A DNA stretch of 64,000 nt from Octopus vulgaris (Eukaryota). Below the pieces are notes generated by a model. The model searched no databases and had not been told where the DNA came from. It saw only the letters and a list, made by a program, of their open reading frames with translations. Location of the stretch: positions 3,100,001 to 3,164,000 of the forward strand of contig OX597821.1 of assembly GCA_951406725.2 (NCBI GenBank), written 5' to 3'. A program made the translations under genes and the position numbers. How positions within the stretch are numbered: the first letter of the stretch is position 1; each line of letters opens with the position of its first letter. This document shows positions 48,145-62,740 of this stretch, one piece after another.

Positions 48145-49649
48145 TCAAGAGGAAGAAGAAGACATTGAAGATAAAGATGGATGGGGGGAATGAGCGGAGG
48201 AGGAGGATGAGACAGAGAAGAAGAGGAAGAAGGTGAAAATGAAGTAAAAACGAAATGAAGAAGAAACTAGAGAAGGAAGTGTATGTGAGAACGGACAGTT
48301 GGGGGCAGAAAGGGTGTAATAGCGACACTAACGAGTCATCCCCAAATCGCCAGCAACGCATTACAATGGACAACGGAAAAGTAATTTCGTTGTAGAACCA
48401 TAAATAACTAGTGATAAAATAAAGAATATAACAAAGTGAAACGGAAGGTGATAGTAAGAATAACACCAACGACCACAACAATGATAATAATGAAAAGAGA
48501 ATGATCAGAACATAATAAGCGATATCATTAATGCTATTAATAATAGTAATAAATATAATAATGCTAATATTAAAAATGACAATATTATTAATATACAAAT
48601 AATTGTAATTGTATTAGCGATAGGCACAACAGAACATACGTAAATATATGTTGGAAAGTAACTATCCCTTGATATTTTCATTTGAGTGTTTATTAACAGA
48701 AGCGTTTGGAGCTGCACATACTTGTTTCAAAGGTCTTTTTTTAACTGTGGGGATATTTATATTGTCAGAAGATGAGTAATCTACCATCCTCTTAAAGACC
48801 GAAATCTACAGGGAACAAAATCTCCCCATATTGTACATTCCCAGACATATATTGCCATATTACAATTGTTAAACTAACACGCAAAATGAATATCATAAGA
48901 GGGCAACACTTTTCTAGAATTGCCTTACGACACTATTGTTACATATTGGGATAAAAGTCTGTCATCGAACTCTGAGGAATTTTGAAACAAACCTCTTGTT
49001 AGGGATCGACTGTAATATACGGCACTCTTTTCATTTAAGATTTTATTCTACATTGAAAAATGGACTATTAAATTTAAAAACTAGTTGTAATGATTCTAGT
49101 AATAGAATCTGAAATATTGTACCTTACATATTTCGCAATTATCCGAATTCCTTAATCTACGTATACATTTTAAAAATCATACTTACTATCTAGAAAGTCA
49201 TAATTGGCATGCTTTTAGTTTTTGATGTTGTAAATGCAATTAACATCATTTAAGGGAGAGTTACTTCATCTGGATGCCACATATCCATCATACCCTTAAT
49301 GTAATTCATTTTGAGTAATGCCCAGACGTTTCTTGCATCATGTTAAGGAAGTGTTGCCCTATTTCCAGATTTTGTCAAATCGTCCACGAAGAGTACTTGA
49401 AAAGTTAAGCAGTAATAATGAATTAACAAACGTAAATAGAACGAAGATACTATTGTGGAAGTACGTAAGGTTATCTTTCAAAACAGTTGCATAAGAGACT
49501 GTAATACCTCGAATGCAGCGTGCTGGAACACAGTGTTTTGTGCATAGAAAAGTTGCTGGTAAAAAATATATAAACGGATAACAGCCGCTTAAGAGGTACT
49601 TGATTTGCAGGAAAATTGGTGAAAAAGTTTTGACAGATAAAGGCGCAGA

Positions 49650-50045
49650 AGTGGCTGGTGGTAAATAGCTTGCTTCCCAAGTACATGGATCCGGTTAAAT
49701 TCCACTACGCTGAACCTTGGGCAAGTGTCTTCTACTATAGCCTCGTGCCGACCAAAGACTTGTGAGTGGATTTGGTAGACGGAAACTGAAAGAAGCCCGT
49801 ATGTATATATATGTATGTGTGTGTGTATATATTTGTGTGTTTGTGTTTGTTCCCCTCCCCCAACATCGCTTGACAACCGATGCTGGCGGGTTTATGTCCC
49901 CGTAACATAGCGGTTCGGCAAAAATAGAACAATAGAATAAGTACTAGGCTTATAAAGAATTAGCCCTGGGGCGATTTGCTCGATTAAAGGCGGTGCTCCA
50001 GCATGGCCGCTGTCAAAAGACTGTAACAAGTAAAAGAGTAAAGAG
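49650..50045 (+). mobile_element. tRNA-type SINE (family B)
   Basis: ggcgcagaagtggctg..gcttgcttcccaa..ggttaaattccac..gggcaagtgtcttctactatagcc..aaacaagtaaaagag-type tail. Confidence 0.85.
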
Positions 50046-51290
50046 AGAGAGAGAGCTGTTACAGCAAGAGATGCAACGTAGTCTTACAGCTTGCTACCGA
50101 AAATAAAAGAGTAGACGTTAGAGTAATTTGTATCATTTTTACCGAGAACAGGTTTTTGACTCAAAGTAAGCCTTTCAGTGTACGCAGTTTACTTGAATAT
50201 TTGGGTCAAATACAGTTCGAAGAAAGAGTCGTGAGTTATGAACATCCTGACACTATAAGATACATCATGTCATTTTCTACCTGACGTTCGTGTCACTCCG
50301 GAACCGTGAATAATTTTGGCAAAACAATAAGGCACAATAACTGTGTCAGCTGGCCTGATTTGATCCCGACTGAACTTTTGCTGTTTCTGACCTTTAAAAT
50401 ATTCTTCAACTTCAATGGGCATGAGGAGGCAAAGTTGCATATAGGTTCGACAAGGCATTAAAAACTAGCAATAAGATATTGGGTGTCGAATAACAGCAAT
50501 GGTTGGGGGAATTATTTTGATGGATACAAGCCTGATTAATTTGTAAGTGTTCAATAACAGTTAAATACCGTTTTTACTTAGCGTACATGTATCAATTTGT
50601 GTCTGTATATTTTGTACGTGTTTACAAGTTTGTATTAGAAGTTTTACATCTGTCTGTCTATCTGTCTGTCAGTCAGTCTATATGTCTGTCGGTCGGTCCA
50701 TCTCTTCATCTATGTATGTATATCTATCTATATATCTAACTAAATACCTATGTAATTTTCTATTTGTCTATCTACGTTTTGTTTAGATATATTGTGGAAA
50801 TATATATATATATATATATATCAGCTTGTGTACATTTATAAATAAATATATGTGTATACTTGTAAAAGTGTAAATATTCATATATGTTAATATATAGCTG
50901 ACAACCTTTCATTTAGTCACTAAGAAAGTTTTTTTTTTCTGTCTTTTTGACAAGAGGAAAGTAGATGGTGTCTAAAGATGGATAATATCGGTTGTCTAAA
51001 TATTCTGTGTAATCAGTGATGTGTTTGCCAATAGTTTTTTGATAATGTGATAACAACGTGTCTGTATTGCATGAAAATGAGAATCGTATTTTGATAAAAT
51101 AATAGCTTTCTTCTCTAGAGAACGGAATGAAATATATGTAAGATCGTACAAGTAGTATTAATGTCTCAACCGACGTCCATTATGAGAGTGTCATTTGTTG
51201 CTTACATACGGCTTTTTAACTGTTTTATAATGAGTCGATTAATATACTCTGTCGCGAATATACAAGTATATATGTATATATGTATATCTA

Positions 51291-51363
<73 letters not shown>

Positions 51364-52051
51364 GTCTATCTATCTATCTATCTATATATATATATTACTG
51401 CCAGCCAGTAAGAAAGTGTAAAATAATTGAGACTAGTTCCCCAACAAGCAAATCGAAGAGTGTGTGATGTGATGTGTAATTACTTCAAGATGAGAATGTA
51501 TGCTATTAAGCGTGTAATAACAGGGGAAGTGATTTTTAAAGAATAGATAATTTCGTTTCCCGTATTTAACAATTTGCTTCCTAACAATAGAATATAACGA
51601 GGAAGAATAGGATTTTTTTTTAAAGTACATCAAATTGAAACGTTTCAGGAAAAAAGAAAAACGTGTCGGAAATGCTTCTCAGAAAATTGCCATGTCTATT
51701 ACACAATATTTATTTATGTACGTATGTATGTTTGTTCAGTTATATCGTATGAGTGGAATATGCGTCATCTTACTTTTCCAATGACTTAGTTTTAAACGAA
51801 GAAGTTGTTTGCTTAGCTACGCTGCAACAACTTTCGTGCTGAGACGAAAGATTCAGAAATATTGCGTACCTAATACACGGTTTATGCATTTGTATGTTCG
51901 CAAGAAAAAAGATGCCATAGAGATATCACTCTGCTACAAGGGACAATGATTGTGGCTGACATTGTTTGAATGGAAAAAAAAGATAAGTTTCAATTACTTG
52001 AATGTATTTTGAAGTCTCTAAGCCAACCTTCCAAAAACTGCCGATAAAATT

Positions 52052-52860
52052 AATTTTAAATTTATATAAATAAGGACAAGTTCGCTAATTTAAATTAAAT
52101 ACCGATCTCATCAAGTGGCCAGCATGGAAATAAAAACCTTCAAAGGTTATAATTATTGTGCATTTATGTTACTCTCTGCGTTTATTTCACTGATGAGGCA
52201 AAGTATTTCTAAATGCAAAGTCAGAAATGCAGGATCTGGAATTATCCAGTAATTTTTTACTAATTTTATTTTGTATTTTTGTCTTCTCTCTTTATGCTGT
52301 ATGTGCATCTAATGTAGTTTTAGAGTCAGATCTTGGCTGCCATTTTCAGCATGGTGGTATATCTTAGATACCCTAAATTATAATTTTAATGATAATTATT
52401 ATTTTGAAGGTTTTTATTTCCATGCTGGCCACTTGATAAGATCGGTATCTAATTTAAATTGGCAACCTTGTCCTTATTTATATAAATTTAAAATTCTTTC
52501 GTCACTGTGATGTTTTAACCGTAGCGCACGATGGAGTTACGAAGCGGGCAATTTAAACTGGTCTTGTTGCATATGTGCATATATATATGTATGAATACGT
52601 TCGTATATGTAAATATTCGTATGTTGTATGTAGATATATGTGAATTTATGTTACTCTTTGCGTATATTCCCCTGATGAGGCAAAGCATTACTAAATGCAA
52701 AGCCAGAAATCCGGGATCTGGAATTATCCAGTTATCCAGTGATATTTTGATTTTTTGTCTTCTCTCTTTGTGCTGTATGGGCATTTAATGTGGTTTTAGA
52801 GTCAGATCTTGACTGCTATTACCAGCATGGCAATATCTCTTAGATACCCTAAATTATAAT
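52052..52860 (+). mobile_element. Composite: ~93-bp inverted repeat (52052-52144 / 52403-52495) plus ~220-bp direct repeat (52162-52384 / 52644-52860), each direct copy with a hammerhead-like core
   Basis: CTGATGA-ggc..g(t/c)c-a-GAAA-...-ATC-tggaat at 52184-52242 and 52666-52724. Confidence 0.75.
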
Positions 52861-53190
52861 ATATATATATATACAAAAATTCTGCAGGGTAATCAAATGA
52901 AAATTCTTTTGGACAATGTTTAGTCCGTCCATGTGTATTCTTACTTGGTTTATATATGCAAATGACAATGCGTGTGGGTTGCAACTTTAATTTCGAATGA
53001 AACTCTACGTCACGGAGGTGAGAGGCCTACATTTTGCAGTTTCCTTTTAGACCTGCAGTCACAGACACATACACGTGCATGCATACATGAATCCACGCAT
53101 ACATACATAGATGCATACATTAAACTATGCATATTGCGTCAAGCAAACATATACATGCATATGCATGTATATAAACATAAACATATATAC

Positions 53191-53297
<107 letters not shown>

Positions 53298-54409
53298 GAA
53301 GCAAATATGTTTAAATTGTGTAAGCACTTTTTCTTTCAAGTGTGCTTAAATTCATGTTTGCCGAGTTTATGTATCAGCGTGGAAGAGTGTGTGTGCGTGT
53401 TGCCATTCTGTGTGTGTGTGAGCGTATTTGTGTCAGTGTCTGTTTTATGTTGGTAAACATTGATATGCTTTTCTTTGTAAATAGCGTATTTGTACCTAAA
53501 TAACTCAACATCTATAGAGAATAGCGTGTATATGTATCGATGCGACTGAAAGGAAAAATATTGATATTTGTATAAAATCTGTGTTATTGCAATGTAGGCT
53601 TTTATGTTTGGCACAAAAAGTTTGCCATAGGCATACAGGAAACAAGTATTGTTGGATGAAAATACGTAGTTTACTTTCAATCGAAATATCTAAGGCTTTC
53701 AGATATCTTAATACATTGTTTTCTATCTTGCCTAAGTAATTTTCAAACTTTGATACATTACTTCCTCTTTTTTTTTTTTTCTGGTGGAGTACTTTCCAAC
53801 GAAGTCTTTGAAAGTGAATGATATACAATAAAGCGTATGTGAGTCCACCTACACTGTATGATAATCGCTAATGATAATATTTAGACCAATAAATGAGTGA
53901 CTACGTGGTTGTTTAAAATCTCATAGCTTAGTCTGACGTTGTGTTTCACCCACGTTAACCCAGGCCGATCAAAGCTTTGACAGACGGTGTTATTGCTGTT
54001 ACCGTCATATGTATGTATATACTCGTCTGGCACAAATTTCTATAAAATGACATAAAGATTAGCGTTTTCTTTAAACTTTCCTTTCATACGTTAAAACAGT
54101 ATCTTGACAATAGATATATCAAGAGAAAAGCAGGTTAACCTTCTCAGGTAATGATCGGATAAGTGTGAAATAGTTTTAAGTATATAGAGTGTGATTAAGA
54201 TCAGATCTCGAAACAAATTCATTATTGAAACGGATGATAGCTAATATAAGTCAGGCGTTAATATATTCATGTAAGTAATTCCGTATAATTTCTTGTTTCT
54301 TTTGTACCAGTTGTATAACAGTTATTGTTAATATATGTATAGGTATATTTGTATGCTTGTGTGTGTGTGTGTTTTGTGTTGTATACTTGACTGCTGTGGT
54401 TACGTCGAG

Positions 54410-54720
54410 CTTACGATCGTGAGCTTGTGAGTTCGATTTCCAGACGGGGCTGCGTGTTGTGTTCTTGAGCAAGACACTTTATTTTACTTTGCTCCAGAAG
54501 GCTGTAGAAATGAATTACAACGTCACTGATGCCATGCTGAATCGGCCCCTTTGCTTTCTCTTGGATAACACTCGTGGCGTGGAGTGGGGAGGCTGGTATG
54601 CATGGGCGACTGCTGGTCTTCCGTGAAATCAACCCTAGGTCATGCATTCGCCGGTGAGTCGACTTTCAACCCAGACTTGTACCCCGGAGTGGGAACCTAT
54701 CAGGAGCACCCATCGTCATT
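54410..54720 (+). mobile_element. tRNA-type SINE (family C)
   Basis: gtgagttcgatttcc B-box, gttgtgttcttgagcaagacactttattttac. Related fragment at 44110-44230. Confidence 0.7.
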
Positions 54721-55659
54721 CGAGACCGACGGAGTCGAGTTACTTAATTACTATACCATCTACTATACTTATGCATAAGATAGCACTTAGGCAAATAACA
54801 GGCTGGTTTTAAGATAATCATTCAATGTATTAACTTAAGCAGATTTTAGTGCACTTTGTGAGTGAACACTACAAAAATAAACATAGTATTCCGACGTATT
54901 TCAGTGTTACTTTTGCACTGTTCTGAGAGGCCCACGGTTATTCTTTAGAATGTGAAGTAAAGGTATAGCAAATATAATTTAAATCAATCTACAACTACCA
55001 CTGAACTCTATCACATAGACTAATTTGGATGTCAGGTGTACGTTAGACCAAACGTGGAATAATAATTTCATATTCTTTATATTAAACAATTGATTCATAT
55101 TAATGAAATTACGGTTGATATGGATACTCGACACCCAGCAATATTATCGCTTATTTTCATACTTCTAGGGACGACGGAAGAGAATGCCAACTGGTGGTGT
55201 ACATGGGTAGATTTCAGCAACAACTTAGTTTGTGTTTGTCAGAAATGATGCATTTTGCGCTACCTTTCCTTTGGAAAAATCTGAGATACAGAGCGTTCGG
55301 CTTAAATTTGAAGAATTTTTTATATGTCGTCCTCTTTTTCTGGACCAGCTTCATGTAGCGGCCTTCGAGGAAATAAAGTTCATAATTGTACTTCAGGGAA
55401 AGTTGGCTGACATTGAATGCAGAAGACCAATTGAATAATAGAAAAGATTTACTTGTATCATGATAATTCGCACCAGGTTTCAATATGCCGACATAATTAT
55501 TGTTGCTCAATGGTCTGTGAACATAATAAAGGTTGTAAGACGTTATACGGGCTGATGCGATCAACACTACAAATCTATGACCAGCAAGAAGGGAGAAAAA
55601 GGATCTTCTGTTTCCGTACACCGTACACTCGCTGTAATTCAGCCACATATATTTGAACG

Positions 55660-55985
55660 AAGTCTTAGGCTTAATTCAGACGGCTGTGCAAAGCTGCTGA
55701 AGACTGCGGTTAACACCTGCTTGGAATGAGTGGCAACTGGAAGGTCATATGTCTGACAGCAGAACTAGGGATCCTTGCCATAACTTATGACAGGGTCAGA
55801 AGTAGTTGTCGAATAATTTGTCCCAATTCCTGACCTGCTAACTCTGCCGATTGTAGTCCGATGGATTAAAATGTGCGGGTTGCGGTTGAGAGTTATCTTC
55901 CCAGTTACTGAGAGAAGAACTCATTCGCTAGGTTTCTGAGCCGTCTTGGGACCATAGTGGAAGTTGAGAGCGGTGACTTTTTGTC
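55660..55985 (+). mobile_element. Tc1/maT-like transposase C-terminal fragment
   Basis: ATGRSYV*QQ.. and *PANSADCSPMD*NV..AVE (cf. WPPNSPDxNPxDYxVW). Confidence 0.6.
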
Positions 55986-57819
55986 TACCTCCCATCCATA
56001 ACCTAGATGATATTTTACGATTTTTTAAAATTATTATTTTGAGTGAGATATTGCTTTTTTTATTCTTATATGCATACTTATTTGGAACAAACTACGTATT
56101 TCTCAGAGAAAATATTATATTTGAAAATATATACTTAAGCATATATTTCATTAAACATTTTTATGTTTTCGATGAGACAAAGGCGTGTGCCAGTGAAAGA
56201 CAAACAGAATATTTATGAGGTTATATGACTCGTTTAAGGGAGGAGTTGAACAAAAATTCAAAAATTGCTTTTTATTAAATCTTGAGACCTCATCTTTATC
56301 CATGCAAAAATACAGATCTTAATTCATTATGTTTCACATTGGAATTTCTGTGGGAGTGTCAGTAATAAACAAGAGAGGGATGAGCACAGACGAATCTCAT
56401 ATCTGTAGATATAAATAGACGAATGATAATTAAATGCGTTCGGTATCGGTGCGGCATGAACTTTAATCCTGTGTTATTCACTTTTCAAATTCTTGTTATA
56501 TTTTTAGTTGTGTTATGAAGTTACATTAATTCTCCACCGCCCGCAAATACATGCAATCTTCTGTCAACATATCCATGTTTAATAAGTAAATATATTTCAC
56601 AATCACATCCATGAAGTAGCTATAAATTAAAACGATATAACATAAAGCTGCAAATTTCTTCTTGTTTCAATATATCAAAATTTGTCAGACAATAGCTCAC
56701 TCAAACATGTACACAAATTAGTAAAAAAATTCATTAATTTACAAAAACTATGAAGTTAAAACATCATTAATCTTCGAAAAGCTTTAAATATCATATTCGG
56801 CAAATGTCTGAAATGCTAAACGCATTCATATGATTTGGTTATGTTTTGTATTCTTGGTATTTACGAATGTTTGTTCGAGTTACGATAAAAATTAATGCAA
56901 TTATGAACGCTTCAAAGAATTAACGCCATAGATTTAAAGCATCTTATTTTACATTTTTCGCACGTTTAGTACATTTGAGGTGTTTCACTATTTCCATGTA
57001 TTAAAGTATGTTAAATACTATTTCGCTGGAATCACTGTGAACCTCTTACGCAGACTTCATGAGGTAAAATAAAACAAATTTCAGTCCACACTCACACACA
57101 CGCACGTACACATACACTTATAAACACAAACACACATACACATGACCACCATCACATATACACACGACCACGATCATAAACACACACACACACATACATG
57201 GACGCGTACAACCACGTGTGTGTGTTTCTCTGAATTGAATTGTTGAAATGATGTATATATTAATAAGCGTGTGTATGCGTACATATTTATTCGCATACAC
57301 ATAGGTGCAAACACTCAGGTATACGTGCATGTATAGATACATCTAATACCGTAAGCGGTGATTATCTTTTCTTTATAGAGTTACAAGCTGCTTCTATGTA
57401 ATTAAGTATCTAGTGAAGAAATTTTATGAGATGTTTGTATACAGATTTAATATAAATTATTTGCGTTATTGGATTTCCAGCTTGTAACCTAAGATTTCAT
57501 ATTCATTGTAATCTAACATAAGTTGGATCTTTAACATGCTTATTGGAAATAAGTAGTAAGTATTTTATAGTGAAATACAATAGAGGGTACACTTTGAAAA
57601 ACCTCGGACTATGAAACAGTATTAAACGACACTTTGGTGAAAATACACGTAATGACTGTGAACCAGCATAAGCACATCAGATACGCTTCAATGAACTAAT
57701 CGGATGTGAAAGAATATAACAGATGACATAACTGAAGATAGTTATTCTGTACAGAATAGTCGTTGAAGAAAATATACTTAACTGTTGTAGCATTTTTGCT
57801 GTCTTCTTTTATTCCATTT

Positions 57820-58255
57820 TGTGTCTCTGTGGTAAGAGGCTTACTTCCAAACCACATGGATCCATGTTCAATCCCACTGCGTGACACCTTGGGCAAGTGA
57901 TTTCTGCTATATCCTCGAGCCGACCAGTCGATTTGGTAGACGGAAACTAAAAGAAGCCCGTCGTATGTGTATGTTTGTATGTATATATATACATATATAT
58001 TAATGTTTACGTGTATGTCTGTGCGTATGTGTGTTTTTTGACAACCGGTGTTGTTGTGCTTACGTACCTATAAATTCGGGAAAATAGACCAGGTCTAAAG
58101 AAAAAGAAATCTGTTAAGTTGATTCAAATATATTCTTGAAGGTGGTAGTCAAGCATGACCGCAGACTAACGACTGTAATTCCGGCTTCAGTACCTTGGAC
58201 CGACCGAAGTCTTGTGTGTGGATTTGGTAGGCGGAACCTGAAAGAAGCCCATCGT
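57820..58255 (+). mobile_element. SINE family B fragments
   Basis: ggcttacttccaaaccacatgg..caccttgggcaagtg..gatttggtagacggaaact.aaagaagccc (twice). Confidence 0.7.
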
Positions 58256-59399
58256 GTACACATACACACACACATATAGACACACACTTACATACACACA
58301 TACATACATACATACATACATACATACATACATACATACATACATACATACATTCATACATACATATCCTTTCTGTTGAAGAGCGTAGGCTCAAAACGTA
58401 AAAGACTTTCTCACCTTCCAGAGCGTTAAACTAATACATCTGTTTGTTGTTAACACACCCGTTTTCGTCTTTTGTTTTGTTTGTTTATTTTGTAAATTCT
58501 AACTACACACACGCACACACACACACACACTCACACACACACATAAATATATATATGTATGTGTATAAACGTGCTTGTGTGTGTTGGAATTTATAGATAA
58601 CAAGGCCAAATAGATAACAAGGCCAAAGCAAACTGATATTTCAAGGATATTTATAAATAGAATCGTGCCTTACAGCTGTTTCAGAGAAATAAATTATATC
58701 CCATCCTTAGAGACGAGTTAAAAGAGTTCGATAGAAGTAAGTAGTAGAATCCATTGTTTTAGAAGTTATTCTGGAGGTGTGGAGATATACAAGAAATTAG
58801 ATATAATGCAGAAAGTATAAATGGAAAACACGAAAATAAAATTACGTGTTGGGTGTTAAAGTTGCTGTTCCGTTATCCAAGAAATGTGTTGTGTAGACTG
58901 GGTAAAGAGTCTTCTTGTCCATGATGTGTAAAGTCCGATAAGAATTCATATGTTGTTATGTCAAATGCAGGTAATAATACCACGTGTTGTTCATTCAAAG
59001 AATCTTCTGGTATAAAGTAATTTTAAGAATTATACTGATAAGGGGAAATAGTTAAAGGAAGAAAAAATAGTGAAGAATATTTGAAGGAATAAAGAATTAT
59101 GTGTAGGAGAGGGTGATATTCTTAACGTCTAGAGTAGAAGGAGGGAAGGAAAAAGGAAAAGAGAGAAAGAAGATGATAAAGAAAAAGAAAAGGGGGGTGA
59201 TGCATGCTGGTCAATATATTATTGGGGGGGAGAAAGAGTTGACAGTAGATAAAAGGAATAGGAGAGAGACAGAAGAAGGGATAAGATGGTCAAAAAGGTA
59301 ATACTTTCAGCATTATATCTAATTTCTTGTATATCTCTCCCATTCCAGAATAACTTCTAAAAACAACTAGGGATAAGAACATTCTCCTCGATACAACTT

Positions 59400-59810
59400 C
59401 AGTTTTTTCAGGCAACAAATCATTACCTGTCCAGGTAGGAGAAATACCATCCTCGACGTAGTCTTTACCACCAATAGTGACGTCATTCACAATACTCACG
59501 ACATTCAAACAGCTATTTCCTACCGCAATATTACACAATTATATGTATACGGTGCAAAGACGGCAACACATACAAATAACACGAAACATGACCCATCCCC
59601 CATAAATTTGTATTTCAGGAAAGCTAAGTGCAAGGAACTCGAAACTAAAATTTTCTAAACGCACCCGTCTCTGCATATTGATAACATCAGTATTAACGAT
59701 CGATTGAAGTTTCTATACGGAGATTTAATCGGGATCTGCGGAAAGCATGCTTCGCATAAACAGGCCTGTTCTCGCAAGGACTTGATTCCACGAAATAGAT
59801 GGGTGCTAAT
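59400..59810 (+). mobile_element. CR1/L2-like APE endonuclease C-terminal fragment
   Basis: QQIITCPGRRNTILDVVFTTNSDVI..SYRNI (cf. Q.I..PTR...LDLVF..SDH), then FRKAK. Confidence 0.55.
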
Positions 59811-60100
59811 GGTATCACATTACGCATGGATGCTTATAATAACTTTTATATGAAGATTAGTCATCCCGTAAATAATCCATAAACTTTTATGGTAAATACA
59901 TATAGGCTGACATGGGATTGGCCCTGAATTTATCAAACGGGTAGACGTTACTGAGAAGGCTACGGACGTCGACTTATGTGCTTTTCCTATAGTATTTACG
60001 AATTTTAGCTCTTCTAACAATGAAGGTATCTTGACACCCTAGGTCGCGGTCAGTGACGCTTATAATTTTCCTTTATGGTATTACATTGCGCATGTCTGCT

Positions 60101-60159
<59 letters not shown>

Positions 60160-60399
60160 GAGTAAGTGGACAAACGAAAGAAGGGTGACTCAATCAATTT
60201 ATTGCGAATTACATGTGTAGATCAAAATATTTGATTCAAATTCGTTGGTACTCTTGAGTTCCAAGAGGATGCATGTCGTCAGCCAATTTGAATTTGAATA
60301 TGCAAATTGCATATGTGTGCATTTTCCGATTTTCATTGAAATCGTGCGGTACCCATTTGTCAGGTTTTATTTGAATCTCCCATAGTATGCAAATAGTTG

Positions 60400-60702
60400 C
60401 AAGCAGTCTTATGGCTAACTTGAAGTTCTTTTACGAGTTCTCAAGTGGTTTTACGTGGTTACTTCTCAATGTCGGTCTTTATTTGACCGTCATCGATGAC
60501 TAATGAGCGCCCATTATACTCGCGATTTTCAAGACTCAGGTCTCCACTGCGAAATCGTTTAAACTATGTTGGAGCTGACCGCTTACTGGGAATTTCCTCA
60601 CCAAACGTTTCTTTGATATCACGAGCAGTTTCAGCTGCTTTACACCCGTTTTTGAAGTTGAATAGCAAAATTGCGCGAATATCACCCTTTGGACAATTCC
60701 AT
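60400..60702 (-). mobile_element. mariner transposase N-terminal HTH fragment
   Basis: MELSKGDIRAILLFNFKNGCKAAETARDIKETFGE...FKRFRSGDLSLE...GRS.VID, with in-frame stops. Confidence 0.85.
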
Positions 60703-61429
60703 TTCAGATGTTTGTAATAACGATGAAATAAATATGAATGTTAATTCATCGATGCATTTGGGTAAGTCTATGTCTGTATAGTTTGTATCTACAAAACAAT
60801 GTTTAAAGAAATTCAGAACTCTGCAAAAATCCGGTACAAATTTTCTTGGTGGTTCACGACGTTGTTTACGTTTAACTCAATCTGATATAAATACGCACGC
60901 ACGCACACATACACACACATACATATACTCAAACATACATACATGCATAAATACTTACATACATACCTACGTATATACATACATATATAAATACATACAT
61001 ACATATACATAAATACATACATGCATTGTTATCCGTCCGAGATCTATAATTCATATGTGTAATTAAAACTGAACCTCTTTTGGTTCGATGTGAGATTCTC
61101 AAAGTCATTCATTAAGAACACTTGAATGTGAAAATCATAAGCATCTGCTTCACAACGTGATTGCTAAGGCGCTACGTTATCCACAATTATCACATAAACA
61201 TTTGCTGCTGATGAAATATCTTCAGTATATATCAGATATGACTTATAGATAAACACGTTTATCAGATTTTCAGACAATATGATTTACGCTATATTACTGA
61301 GGTCGTTTCAAGTTCTGACTTCAAATCTCAGGTAAGTCAGTTTTCATTTTAATCATTTCAATGTAAAGAAAGTAGTTAATTAGGCAGAAATTTCCTTAAT
61401 GTTATTTGTTTTTAAAGCGGTTCTCTGGT

Positions 61430-61840
61430 AAAATCTTTAGCACGCCAGGCAAAACTGCATCACGGCGTTGCGTCCTTCTTTACGTTCTGAGTTCAAATTC
61501 CGCCTAGATTGATCTTGCCTTTTATTCCTTTTAGGGTTAATAAAGTATGTACCAGCAAAGTACTGAGGTCAATGTATTCGGGTAATCCCCTACCCTAAAA
61601 TTGCTGGTCTTGTGCCAAAATCTGAAATGAATATGAGTTACATTTAATGCAGAGAGCTGACAAAATTGTTAGCACGTCGGCCAAAATGCTTTTTGATATT
61701 TCATCATTATTAACGTTCTGAATCCAAATTCTACCGAGGGTGAATTTGCCTTTCTTCATTTCAGGTCGATAAAATAGGTACCGGTTGAGCATTATGGCCC
61801 TCCTCTTAAATTACTGGCCTGGTACCAAAGTTTTCATAAT
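61430..61840 (+). mobile_element. Two degenerate SINE family A copies
   Basis: ttagcacg..gttctgagttcaaattccgcc..ttgcctt (61437-61625) and ttagcacgtcgg..gttctgaatccaaattctaccgagg (61668-61830). Confidence 0.7.
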
Positions 61841-62620
61841 TTTCTCCCAACTACAAAGAAATATGATGTAGCAGCCGTCGGGAATTACACCATGTCTTCT
61901 GCTAATATAATGTTGTAGTCTTCTGCTTACTCCCTACAAAGTTCCTCCTTCTGAATAACAGACCTCTGTCGCTAGACCAATCGACTTTTGAGCATCAAGC
62001 AAAATTTCGTGATACTTCAAGAAATACTATAGTCTTGGAACATTTTTACTAGAGGTACTCTCAGGTCCCAAATAATAGTGCGGTGGAATAAGCAGGTGGA
62101 TTGGATATCTGCTTAAATTCGTATAAGCAGGTGCGTTCGAATAAATAGAGCGGTTGGAAAATCGGTTATTGTATAGTGATAGCTGTATAAGATTTAAATA
62201 ACTTCCAGGTTGTCTCACTTGACGTCTTTAAAACCAGTTATTTACTCTCGGATCCCAAATAATGGCGGTGTTGGAATAAGCGAGTGGGTAGGACCTTTGC
62301 TTAAACTCATATAAGAGGGTAGGCTGCAATAAACAGTGGTGGGTGGGAATCACTAAGTGTGTAGTGTATGTACGAAATTTAGGAAAAATGCCTCTTAAAG
62401 CACATGTAACTACACAACGAGGCAAAATAAATTAACAAACAGCAAGTGAAATTAGCACATAGGTGTGCTTCAAACGTTCACATTAGTTAAGATATACAGT
62501 TGGATAATAAAAATAAGACATCTGTTAATTATGGAAATTATGGAATTTCTTCATCAGGTGTCTTGGAGAAATTTCGAACCTGGGTTCTCATTCCTAAGGT
62601 ATTTTTCGCTAATATAAATA

Positions 62621-62740
<120 letters not shown>

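Noticed and set aside
56233-56300. TTAA-GGG start resembling a Kolobok/piggyBac-type terminus
   Set aside because: No matching inverted end found.
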